A program made the translations under genes and the position numbers. This document shows positions 21,455-30,592 of a DNA stretch of 64,000 nt, piece by piece. The notes beneath the pieces were generated by a model. It did no database searches. It was not told where the DNA came from and saw nothing but the letters and a program-made list of their open reading frames with translations. This DNA comes from an uncultured Pseudomonadota bacterium (GTDB lineage Bacteria; Vulcanimicrobiota; Vulcanimicrobiia; Eremiobacterales; Eremiobacteraceae), in NCBI GenBank assembly GCA_963736005.1, contig CAVTNB010000001.1, positions 1,312,001-1,376,000 on the forward strand. Reading direction: 5' to 3'. How positions within the stretch are numbered: the stretch's first letter is position 1; each line of letters opens with the position of its first letter.

Positions 21455-21480
21455 GTAGGGGGCGATTGGAAAATCGCCCC
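21455..21480. repeat. REP-like palindrome, family B (GTAGGGGGCGATTGGAAAATCGCCC)
   Basis: Matches the reverse complement of 62513-62537; related copies at 50601-50720. Confidence 0.85.
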
Positions 21481-21486
21481 TCTGGG

Positions 21487-21732
21487 TTACGAAGCTTTCT
21501 GAGCCTCCTCGAGCGCCGGCAAAGCGTTGAGCGCGTCCAGGATCATGTCTAGCGGGATTCCGTAACCTTCGCTCACTTGCTCGATCGTCTCGAATTCAGA
21601 GATCGCGCAGTGGGCGCATCCTCCTAGGTGAAAGTTGGCGAAGACTGCTCTCGCACCGGGGTGGAGAGCAAAGGCTTCGCCGACTGTCAGATCTTGGTGA
21701 AATAACTTACTGTCTGTAGTGACGGCGACCAC
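21487..21732 (-). CDS. Small DUF1858-like / hybrid-cluster-associated redox-disulfide domain protein
   Basis: DLTVGEAFALHPGARAVFANFHLGGCAHCAISEFETIEQ..YGIPLDMILDALN; RBS GAGAAGGGG before GTG. Confidence 0.75.
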   Translation of the reverse strand: MVAVTTDSKLFHQDLTVGEAFALHPGARAVFANFHLGGCAHCAISEFETIEQVSEGYGIPLDMILDALNALPALEEAQKAS

Positions 21733-21845
21733 CCCCTTCTCCCGTCGTGTGCCGCCTTTTTGTCTCGTTGTATAGCGGCAACCGCAGGTTCGATACATCC
21801 ATAGTATTCGGTCGTTTCCGGGCCAAACCTGCAGCGCAAAAAGAC

Positions 21846-22670
21846 CTACTCAGACGGGAAGAGAGCATCCAGATCGGCATGCGACATGCGCTCGCCGAGG
21901 AAGTCAAAATTTCCGCCGTCTCGCAGCAAAATGGCGGCGGCGCGAAATTTCGCAAGCGCGTATCCGATTGCTCCCGATCCAACGCTCACCCGCGCGACGC
22001 CGAGAGCGCGCAGACGATCGATCGATGGCGCTCTTGCAGACGCGAGGATGTTGAGGGGTCCTGGGATTGCGGAAACCAGCGCGGCAATCGTTGCCTCATC
22101 GCTCACGCCGGGAACAAATATACAATCTGCGCCGGCTTTGAGATAGTGGTTGCCTCTCCGAATCGCCTCTTCGAGGCGCCATGCATCGGAGCTGCCGACG
22201 TTCGCCAAGAAGACATCAGTTCGCGCATTAATCACGAGGTTCACGCCGTGCTCGCCCGCCACGCTGCGCATCGCTCCGATGCGCTCGACCTGTCGATCCA
22301 TGTCGATCAGCGCATCGCCTTGCGCCTGGCCATCTTCAAAGTTCAGTCCAACAGCGCCAGCGCGAATGGCTCCGCTTGCCGTCTGCATGGCGTTTTGTAC
22401 CGTGGACCCGTAACCGCCCTCGAGGTCCGCCGTAACAGGAACTCTAACGGCGCGCGCGATGCGCTCCACGCGCGCAAGCATGTGGTCGCGAGAGATGCGT
22501 TGACCGTCTGCGTACCCTTCCACCCAGGCCACCCCCGCGCTGGTGGTGGCAATGGCCGGAAAGCCAAGCTCTTCAATGATGCGTGCGCTGACCGCATCCC
22601 ACGCGTTCACCAAAATGAGCGGGTGTCCGGTCAGATGCAGCGCGCGCAGTTGCTCTGATTTCTCATTCAT
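21846..22670 (-). CDS. Isocitrate lyase/PEP mutase family protein
   Basis: NAWDAVSARI, ATTSAGVA, VTADLEGGYG, GLNFEDG, INARTDVF, AGADCIFVPG. Confidence 0.9.
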   Translation of the reverse strand: MNEKSEQLRALHLTGHPLILVNAWDAVSARIIEELGFPAIATTSAGVAWVEGYADGQRISRDHMLARVERIARAVRVPVTADLEGGYGSTVQNAMQTASGAIRAGAVGLNFEDGQAQGDALIDMDRQVERIGAMRSVAGEHGVNLVINARTDVFLANVGSSDAWRLEEAIRRGNHYLKAGADCIFVPGVSDEATIAALVSAIPGPLNILASARAPSIDRLRALGVARVSVGSGAIGYALAKFRAAAILLRDGGNFDFLGERMSHADLDALFPSE

Positions 22671-22686
22671 GGACGGTTTTAGCATG

Positions 22687-23791
22687 TTACGCGGCCGTGG
22701 TGCGGCGGCGTTGCTGCAGATAGGCCCACATGAATTGGTCAATATCTCCATCCAGCACGGCTTGCGCGTTCGGCACTTTGACCTCAGTCCGGTGATCGTT
22801 CACCATCGTATATGGCTGGAGGGTATAGGAACGGATCTGGCTTCCCCATTCAATCGCGCTCTTTTCTCCACCCAGAGCCGCAAGCTTTGCGGCACGCTCT
22901 TCGCGATCGCGGGCCAGCAGCTTTGCGGCGAGCATCTTCATCGCCCGGTTGCGATTTGCCAGCTGGGAGCGCTCGTTTTGACAGGCGACGATGATGCCTG
23001 ACGGCTTGTGAATGATGCGCACGGCGCTTTCGGTCTTATTGACGTATTGGCCGCCGGCTCCGCCGCTCTTATAGGTCTCGATGTCGATCTCGTCGGGTTT
23101 GATTTCGATTTCTTCGCCCTCTTCCACATCGGGGACGACGTCGACCGAGGCAAACGACGTGTGCCGGCGCTTGTTTGCGTCAAACGGTGAAATCCGCACC
23201 AGGCGGTGGACCCCTCGCTCGCTCTCAAGGTAGCCATAGGCGTTGGGACCTTGCACGAGCAGCGTGGCGCTCTTGAGGCCGGCTTCTTCGCCCTCAAGGG
23301 AATCAAGCAACTGGGCGCGGTAGCCGTGCCGCTCGGCCCAACGAATGTACATGCGCAATAGCATGGAGGTCCAGTCCATTGCTTCGGTGCCTCCGGCGCC
23401 TGCATGGATCGTGACAATGGCATCGTGTCGGTCGAACTCGCCATCGAGCACCGCGGTCATCTCCGCTTCGTCGACGCCTGCTCGCAGTTTCTCAAGTTCT
23501 CCCGCAATTTCGGTTTCGAGTGTGTCATCCGAGCCTCCAAGCGCGATAAATTCACCGAGCTCGCGAGCCTTGTCGCTCAGCGCTTTGAGCTGATCGATCT
23601 CAAGCCGAAGCGACGCAAGCTCTTTCATACGCACTTGCGCTGCCGTCGAGTCGTTCCAGAATGAGGGATCGTGAGTTTGCTTGTCGAGCTCGTCGATCTG
23701 GCGGAGTTTGCCTACGTAGTCAAAGCCGCACTTGCAATGTTTGCAAGCGATCCGTGACTCGTTCTAATTCTGTGTGAAGTTGCTCGTTCAT
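22687..23791 (-). CDS. prfB: Peptide chain release factor 2 with programmed +1 frameshift
   Basis: ORF0 MNEQLHTELERVTDRLQTLQVRL ends in CTT TGA C; +1 frame continues DYVGKLRQIDELDKQTHDPSFWND. SPF and GGQ motifs present. Confidence 0.95.
23719..23725 (-). other. RF2 +1 frameshift site CTTTGAC
   Basis: Canonical slippery sequence at codons 23-24 of prfB. Confidence 0.92.
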
Positions 23792-23842
23792 AAGGCATGT
23801 GGGTTCTCTCTTTGTAGGGCCGGTCCATTCGATGCGCTTTGC

Positions 23843-25261
23843 CTAAAATGCGCCCGTGCCGTTTGGCGTGCCACCGCCTGTTGGCCCGTCGAATCCGCTT
23901 ATCGCATTGCACAGGTAGGTACCGCCGCATGTTCCGTTCGAGCCACTTGTGATGTCGAAGAGCGCGCTTGTGTGATTGTAGGAATACGACCCGTATGAAG
24001 CTGACGCGCCGTTGCCGGCGAGCGCGTAGACTGCGGCAATGATTGGCGTGGACGCACTTGTGCCTCCAAACACACACCAGGCCGAACAGCCTTTGCTCCC
24101 ACCAAAGGTATCGTAGACCGCCACTCCGGTGTTTGGATCGGCAACTGCCGCAACGTCATTATCGATTCGCGTGGAACAAGTGTTGCTGTAGGCTTTGCCG
24201 AGGTTCACCTGCCACGTGGGTTGGGCGATGTAACGGCTGCAACCACTCCCTGTTCCGCTCCAAACGGTTTCAGATCGCGTTGGCAAGATGGAGAGCGACG
24301 TTCCACCGACAGCGGTCACGTAGCGCGATGACGATGGGAACCCGGCGTCAGCCGAGTTGTAGCCGCTATCTCCGCTGGCGACGGTGATCATTACGCCCGG
24401 ATGGTTGAAATAACTCTCGTCAGATGTTTCAGTCGGATATTCATTTCCGTTCCAACTGTTTGAGATCACGTTTGTATGGCACATCGTCACTGCCGTGTCT
24501 TCAGCGGTGTACAAATCAGTGCCGCTCTCGCTCGCCGCTTCCAGCAACACAATGTGACAGTTGGGACAGATTGCCGACGCCATGTCGAGATCGAGTGATT
24601 CCTCCGCCTCCCAGCCCCCGGTTGAGTCGGTACCCGGCAAGGGCGAGGTACTTCCGGATTCATTGACCTTCAAGAAGCAACCGTTGGCGGTCGTACATGC
24701 CGGCAGCGCGAACGTTGCGCGGTAGACACCTAGGTCGCTCTCTGCTTTGGGATCATCGTAGGCATCGACGATGGCTACTGTTTGCGAGCCGCCGTTTGCG
24801 CTTGCAGACGCAGTCAGATTGTAGGCGGACTGCAGGTCTGCAGGGGCATAGCCTGCGGGACCGGAGATCAAGGGCCGCGCAATGTCAGTGCGGATCCAAG
24901 CCATGCAGCGCATGTGACCGGGTGCCAGACTTGGGCACACGCGTGCCGCAGGGCCGCGCCCGATGCGTGCTGGGATACGACCCACCGCTCGCTGTAGCGC
25001 GAAGACCAGGAATGTCGCGCTGTGCCGCGCAGCCGAACAGGCAACGGGCGAAGGTGAAGGTGACGGAGTTAGCGTGGGTGTCTGGGTGGGCGTTGGAGAT
25101 GCTTGGACGCCTTGAGGCGGCGGCGGCATTGCTGCCCCGCTCCCACCGCCTCCTCCGCACGCGACCGCGGTCGCCGAAAGCAATGCAGCGAGCCAAAGCA
25201 TGCAGACGATGCGGTACCGATAGAGCACGTTTCCATAACTGCGATGAAGCACGATCTTCAC
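23843..25261 (-). CDS. S53 (sedolisin-like) serine-carboxyl peptidase, putative lipoprotein
   Basis: EESLDLD (catalytic Glu/Asp), ASGDSG oxyanion Asp, GGTSASTP catalytic Ser, C-terminal GFDGPTGGGTPNG; lipobox-like AVAC followed by a Pro/Thr linker. True start may be downstream. Confidence 0.88.
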   Translation of the reverse strand: MKIVLHRSYGNVLYRYRIVCMLWLAALLSATAVACGGGGGSGAAMPPPPQGVQASPTPTQTPTLTPSPSPSPVACSAARHSATFLVFALQRAVGRIPARIGRGPAARVCPSLAPGHMRCMAWIRTDIARPLISGPAGYAPADLQSAYNLTASASANGGSQTVAIVDAYDDPKAESDLGVYRATFALPACTTANGCFLKVNESGSTSPLPGTDSTGGWEAEESLDLDMASAICPNCHIVLLEAASESGTDLYTAEDTAVTMCHTNVISNSWNGNEYPTETSDESYFNHPGVMITVASGDSGYNSADAGFPSSSRYVTAVGGTSLSILPTRSETVWSGTGSGCSRYIAQPTWQVNLGKAYSNTCSTRIDNDVAAVADPNTGVAVYDTFGGSKGCSAWCVFGGTSASTPIIAAVYALAGNGASASYGSYSYNHTSALFDITSGSNGTCGGTYLCNAISGFDGPTGGGTPNGTGAF

Positions 25262-25367
25262 ACCCGATACCCTGTTTCAACATTATCGGGTGATTATCGG
25301 TCCATTGTTTTGTGTTTGAACTCACAGAAGGCTAACTCTTGAACCCGAAATAGAATTGGCTCTGACG

Positions 25368-25393
25368 GAGCGGACCTAAAGGTCCGCTGCTAC
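25368..25393. repeat. REP family A copy
   Basis: GAGCGGACCTAAAGGTCCGCTGCTAC. Confidence 0.85.
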
Positions 25394-25458
25394 ATTGATC
25401 GTGTTCGAATTACCATTCGATATGAACTAAGGGGGCCCGGTTCCCAGGAGTTTCGCCA

Positions 25459-26145
25459 TCAGGCCTTGCCCGCGAGCGAGCGCATCGAGGCGTCGAATCC
25501 ATCGTTCGACGGGTACCAGTCAACACCGCGACCGGCCGGCGTGAGATCGAGTAAATGCCACGTCGGACAGAGCAAGTCGATCCCGCGCTCGCGGTCCTCC
25601 AGCATCGGGTGCGCGGTGTAAACGTGACGCACGCGGTCGCCCTCTTTCGCGAAGACGACGACCGTCGAATCGGGATTGCCCTCGGCATCCTCGGCGTCGA
25701 TGTCTTGTGCGAAGGCCGGCCCGTCGTCGGAGAGCAAGCGCAGGCGATGCCACTCGCGGTGCGCTCCCCACTCTCGGAGTCGGTCGATCGGGGCTCGGGA
25801 TGCAATGACGAAGTTCGCCCGCTGCGTGAGGTGCGGCGCTATACCGTTGAATCCGTCGATCCACATCGAGCACATGGGGCAGAAGGAATCGTCCTTCGCC
25901 CAGTACATCAAATGGTAGAGAATCAAGTACGGCTTTTCGCCGGCAAACAGCTCCGATAAGTGGACGTGATTGCCGTTCTCTATGAACGTGTAATCGGGGA
26001 CGACAGGCCCCAGTGGCAGGTCGCGGCGCATCGCAGCCACCGCTTCGATGCGATCGCGCAACTCGATCTCCGCCGCGCGTAAACGATCGCGCGAACGGCG
26101 ATACGCCTCGTCGGCGCCGGGCATCACGATGCTTGAATCCGCCAT
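25459..26145 (-). CDS. DUF899 family thioredoxin-like protein
   Basis: AAMRRDLPLGP, LSELF, CPMCSMWIDG, WHLLDLTPAGRG. Confidence 0.88.
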   Translation of the reverse strand: MADSSIVMPGADEAYRRSRDRLRAAEIELRDRIEAVAAMRRDLPLGPVVPDYTFIENGNHVHLSELFAGEKPYLILYHLMYWAKDDSFCPMCSMWIDGFNGIAPHLTQRANFVIASRAPIDRLREWGAHREWHRLRLLSDDGPAFAQDIDAEDAEGNPDSTVVVFAKEGDRVRHVYTAHPMLEDRERGIDLLCPTWHLLDLTPAGRGVDWYPSNDGFDASMRSLAGKA

Positions 26146-26324
26146 TTCATTTCCTTTCGTGCTTGCGCTTGAGGGTTGTCAAGTCCGCGCGCGATGCGTG
26201 CGACTCCTCTTGGAAGTTGCACGAACGAGCTCCGTGCCAAGGCGAACGTCCGGCTCACTCATGCGTTCGCCTAAACCACCACTCCTTACCGACGAAAAGG
26301 CATGGGTTGACCGGGGGCTGAGCC

Positions 26325-27086
26325 TTAAGGTTTGGCAGCAGCGAGAATCACCTCATCGGCGTCTCGGAGAAGCACATCGACGGACTCAAAACCCGCGTCT
26401 CTCAAAACCCCGACCCAACCAGATACCGGCATGCCGTCGCCTAAATGCGAACCTCGGGAGCCCAAGAGCTTCGTGTGATCGTAACCAAGAATTTCGTTCG
26501 CCCGGCTCCAGAACCGTTCCCAGTTCTCTCGGCTGTAACGGCTCGACTGCCGCGACTTCCACTCGGCGAATCCGGCGGCGAACGTTGGCTCGCTGCAGGC
26601 AGGCTCAGCGAACAAAAACACACCGCCGTGGCGGAGCAGTCGGAACACATCTTTGAATAATTCGCAGACGCGTCGCGCGTCGAGCCAATGAAGGGCGTTT
26701 GCCGTAGCGACCACATCGTAGTCGCGTTCCAAGCCCCTGCACCAATCAGCGTCCCATAAGTCGCGTACGAAACTCTGACCTGAAACGCCTTCGCGCCGAT
26801 TCGTCGCTATGCATATCGAGATCAGGAACACGTCGCGATCGAGGCAATCGATCCGTGACTTGGGATAGCGCGCGCGAACGGCTCGCCCGACGTCCCCAGG
26901 ACCGCAACCCAAATCTAAAACGCGAAGAGTCGCGTCTTTGGAAAAAGGAATCGCAGCGGCCATCAGGTCGAGGTCACGGCGCTTCTCGGCGCCTTGCTCG
27001 GTCCGCCACAGTTCCAACAACTCGTCGAGATTCTTATTGCTGAGCTTCTTCTCGATCTGAGCCTGCGTAAGCGACATCGAAAACAC
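26325..27086 (-). CDS. Class I SAM-dependent methyltransferase
   Basis: VLDLGCGPG motif I, YDVVATANALHW, LLRHGGVFLFAE. Confidence 0.85.
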   Translation of the reverse strand: MFSMSLTQAQIEKKLSNKNLDELLELWRTEQGAEKRRDLDLMAAAIPFSKDATLRVLDLGCGPGDVGRAVRARYPKSRIDCLDRDVFLISICIATNRREGVSGQSFVRDLWDADWCRGLERDYDVVATANALHWLDARRVCELFKDVFRLLRHGGVFLFAEPACSEPTFAAGFAEWKSRQSSRYSRENWERFWSRANEILGYDHTKLLGSRGSHLGDGMPVSGWVGVLRDAGFESVDVLLRDADEVILAAAKP

Positions 27087-27361
27087 CCTTGCTCTGCTGG
27101 GGCTTCCCCTGCGTAGTCTCGCCCTACCTTCTAAGACAAGTCACGCGTGATATGGGCCCCGTAGTTCGTAATACAGCGATTCGAATACTGATTCGAATGT
27201 CATGGAATGCTGTTCGCATTGACCGGACGTTTCGTCAATCTTCGAATTGCGTTGAACTTCCCAGCACACTACGCCAAAGTGCAGGCAAGTTTGAATTAAC
27301 CTCGTTCCGTTCCCGACCTCTACGTTGAAAGGAAGGAACGACGGCATGTCAGGCGGGGGCG

Positions 27362-28915
27362 CTACTTGTTCGGGACGCAGCTTCCGCTATTGGCATCCCA
27401 CGTGTCTTTGGCTCCACACGTTGTCGGAACCCATTTGACTGCCCCGGTTGGCAGGGTGATGCGGAGATGCCGGTTACTATTATTGTTGTCGGTCAACAGG
27501 TTGATCTTCGGGTCGCTAAGACTCCCATAGTTCATACTCACGAATCTGCCGGTTCCCTTGGTACCGTCGCCCGTGATCACATCGGCGGACCCGTGCATCG
27601 TCACCGGCGAGAAAATGGGCCACTCTCCCGCATGCTTGGAGTCATCTTCGATGATGAATTCCGTCTGCCAGCCGAGCTTGCCGTTGCCCAGGTCGCCGGC
27701 ATTGAGCTTGTAGGACGGGCAGTCTGAGCTTGCGGCCTTATCGCATTCCCATTGTGCGTGTTGGGTGATGTCGACCATGTTCGTGCACTCGTAGCCACCG
27801 TTAAGATCCAAGGCTCCCTTGGCGTTGCAATACCACTCCTCGATGGAGATGTGGTCGCCGGTCTGAGGAGTGAATCTTGTTCCTGCGGTGTCGGTGTGCC
27901 CGCGGTGCTTGTCAAACGATTGGTGGTGAATCCCAAAGTATGCGATCGTCGCTGTGGTATTAACATCGACGATGGCTTGGAAAACATTGTCGAGCCCGTT
28001 CCATATCGTCGCCGCGGCAGTGGGACCGGGCGATAACTTTGGGACGACGAGGGTCGCCGAACTCGACCCGTAACTGATCGTCTCAGCGGCCGTCGCCTTC
28101 TTTTGGAAGGAACCATAAAGCACGGCCCCGGTCCAGCCAACCGACGGTTTCTTGTGGACACTTTCTGGGGGGTCCACGGCTCGGCTGAGGTAAGGCTGGC
28201 GCGAGATCGGGAACCACACCAAAGTCCGGTCACTACGGAGCTTGTACACCGGCACGCTCGCCGCAGCCAGCCATGCTTGGTACGCGTCGGGATTTTTTGT
28301 CGGATCGGGGCGCAGTCCGTAGCCTGCCTTTAGCAGTTCTTCCGGCGTGAAGCGACGCGGGTCGCCGGTCAGTGCCGGCCGAACCGCCAGAGTCGTGCGC
28401 GATCCGTCAAACGGGCGCGGTTTGAAAGTCACCTCCGAGCGAAGATCGACGGGATAGGTCTTGGCCTGTTGATTGGCATCAGTGCAATCGAGCGTCAACC
28501 GCTCGACGCTGTTCGTCAGCGTCGGACGCACCGCGAGAAAGCGGACCACGCTATCCTCATCCGCATAGACGTGGATAGACTCGTTCGGGTCCTGGTTCCC
28601 CTCGGGGTGAAGGATGCAGTTGCTGTCTGCGGGGGCATCGACTGACGCCTGCTCAAATTGAGCATGACCGGCAGGCATTGCGGCCGGCTTTGCGGCGGCG
28701 GAAACCAGCAGACCCAAGAGCACCACGATTGCGCAAACTGACGCCGTAGCGACGGGAGGAACCGTAGCGTTCCATAGTACGCCTCCTCTGACTCGGAAGT
28801 TCCTTGGCGAAACCGGTTCCTTCTTTGCAGCCGGGACCCTCTCCGGCTGGCTTCCATCGCTAACTACGCGCCTGCGCAGTCGCCAACTGGAGCGAATGTT
28901 TGTCGGCCCGATCAA
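27362..28915 (-). CDS. Secreted protein, probable divergent G1 (eqolisin) glutamic peptidase
   Basis: Hydrophobic signal segment; propeptide-like ELLKAGYGLRPDP...YQAW; SVGWTGAVL, IWNGLDNVFQA and TEFIIED in the order of G1 motifs. Start uncertain. Confidence 0.6.
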   Translation of the reverse strand: MIGPTNIRSSWRLRRRVVSDGSQPERVPAAKKEPVSPRNFRVRGGVLWNATVPPVATASVCAIVVLLGLLVSAAAKPAAMPAGHAQFEQASVDAPADSNCILHPEGNQDPNESIHVYADEDSVVRFLAVRPTLTNSVERLTLDCTDANQQAKTYPVDLRSEVTFKPRPFDGSRTTLAVRPALTGDPRRFTPEELLKAGYGLRPDPTKNPDAYQAWLAAASVPVYKLRSDRTLVWFPISRQPYLSRAVDPPESVHKKPSVGWTGAVLYGSFQKKATAAETISYGSSSATLVVPKLSPGPTAAATIWNGLDNVFQAIVDVNTTATIAYFGIHHQSFDKHRGHTDTAGTRFTPQTGDHISIEEWYCNAKGALDLNGGYECTNMVDITQHAQWECDKAASSDCPSYKLNAGDLGNGKLGWQTEFIIEDDSKHAGEWPIFSPVTMHGSADVITGDGTKGTGRFVSMNYGSLSDPKINLLTDNNNSNRHLRITLPTGAVKWVPTTCGAKDTWDANSGSCVPNK

Positions 28916-29102
28916 AACCGGACGTTGAGGAGCAATTATGTAGTATCAATTCTAATCAATTCCCGCTCAATTCAATCCAACGCAAACAACTGAACTTTTT
29001 TTGCTCTGATTTTTATGGCTGTTGTATGAGCTATAGTTCTGACCTAAAGGGCCGCGCGCAGGGTCTCCCTAACGGCTGAACCGCCGACAGGAGGGCCTGA
29101 CC

Positions 29103-29663
29103 ATGTCTTGGGAAGCAATGACCGCTATAGGAACCTTCATTACATCTTTTGTACTCGCAGCCGCCGCCATCGCCGCTATAATACAACTTCGCCATACGCG
29201 TGGAAGTAATCAAATAATCGCGTTGACCGAATGTCGTGAGACGATAGAATCGCGCGAGTTTAGCGAATCCCAACGATTCGTCTCGTTCGAATTGCCGAAG
29301 CGATTTGGAGACGTAGGCGAGTGCCGAAAAATGGCGGTGCTTCCATTTTCGGGAGAATACGAGGCAATAGGGACGGTTGCAAACTTCTTTGAGAGCATGG
29401 GCTTGTTCGTAAAAACGGGAATCATCGACCGCCGGATCGCCTGTGATTTTTGGTCGTATATCGTGATACGCAATTGGAGCGCGCTCTTGCCGATAACGAC
29501 GTATGTGCGGTACAAGCTAGCAGCGCCGCAGCTTTGGGAAAACTTTGAGTACCTAGCAGCGCTGTCGAAGCGGTACATGGACGAAAATGCGAGCGGTTAT
29601 CCCGCAGGGGTGCCGCATATGCCCGAAGACCGGTCGCTGATCGACGCGATCGATCCCGAATGA
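29103..29663 (+). CDS. DUF4760-like membrane-anchored protein
   Basis: N-terminal TM then IQLRH; VANFFESMGLFVKTGIID and WENFEYLA; GGAGG RBS. Confidence 0.7.
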   Translation: MSWEAMTAIGTFITSFVLAAAAIAAIIQLRHTRGSNQIIALTECRETIESREFSESQRFVSFELPKRFGDVGECRKMAVLPFSGEYEAIGTVANFFESMGLFVKTGIIDRRIACDFWSYIVIRNWSALLPITTYVRYKLAAPQLWENFEYLAALSKRYMDENASGYPAGVPHMPEDRSLIDAIDPE

Positions 29664-29674
29664 ACCGGCGTGTA

Positions 29675-29693
29675 AATAATGATAATCATTCAG
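29675..29693. promoter_or_regulatory. Candidate Fur box
   Basis: AATAATGATAATCATTCAG: 15/19 identical to GATAATGATAATCATTATC, with a perfect AATGAT-A-ATCATT core. Confidence 0.5.
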
Positions 29694-30089
29694 GGGTCGT
29701 CCCTTGCATCTGTCAGAAGTGAATTGAACCCTTATTGCGCAATTGCGGCCCAAGAAGCCCTTCTTCTCCAGTTTCCGCCACCACGAACCTGGGTCGCCAT
29801 CTTCACGAGCAGCGGCGTTGACACGACGATGGAAAGTGGTCGTTGACTGTCCCAGAATCCGACGCAAACACGTCCGGTGGTCACGCGCAAACGTCTTGCG
29901 GTTATCCGTGGGAGTCGTTGAGCAAACGTTCCGGCTCCCGTTCAATTTAGCCAATGCGAACCAATCGAATAATCGCTCGATCTACACGCGAACCTGTATC
30001 CAATTCGGCGACTGCCTGGGGGAGCGGGCGCTCGCCCACCAGAACGAAGCCGGACTTAGTCCGATTCACCTGCGGAAAGGAGCCAGGGG

Positions 30090-30566
30090 ATGAAGAGCGT
30101 TAAACTTGCCGTTATGGCAATAACGGTTCTGATGGCCGTCGTGTGCGCGCCGTGGAGAGCGACCGCGGCGGATAATAGCGCCGTGATGGCGGTAGTCAAC
30201 GGTGCCGTCGCATCCTTCAACAAGGGCGATATGAAGACGTGGGAGACGTTTTGCACCTCGCCTGCATCCATAGTCTCCAATGTCCCGCCTTACCAGTATT
30301 ACGGCTCGACGGCATGTGCCGATTGGTGGACCTCGCACGCCGCTTATGATAAGAAAAATGGAATTTCAGGTGAGGTGGTGGTGCTGGGATCTGTCTGGCA
30401 CAGCGAGGTGACCGGCAACCGTGCCTACGTCGCGTTCCCCGCCAGCTACACGTTCAAACAGAAGGGCAAGACGGTCAAGACATCGGGTAATGCCCTCACG
30501 ATCGCACTACAGAAAACTGCAACAGGTTGGCTGATGACCGGTTGGTCTTGGGCGCAACACCCTTAG
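30090..30566 (+). CDS. Secreted NTF2/SnoaL-like fold protein
   Basis: Signal peptide (ATA-A); VASFNKGD, GNRAYVAFP and LQKTATGWLMTGWSW; AAAGGAG RBS. Confidence 0.75.
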   Translation: MKSVKLAVMAITVLMAVVCAPWRATAADNSAVMAVVNGAVASFNKGDMKTWETFCTSPASIVSNVPPYQYYGSTACADWWTSHAAYDKKNGISGEVVVLGSVWHSEVTGNRAYVAFPASYTFKQKGKTVKTSGNALTIALQKTATGWLMTGWSWAQHP

Positions 30567-30592
30567 ACCAGACCGTGCCCGATGGAGGCGCC

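Noticed and set aside
29553..30093. ORFs 29553..29954 (-) and 29743..30093 (+)
   Set aside because: No RBS or recognisable motifs, and both overlap neighbours.
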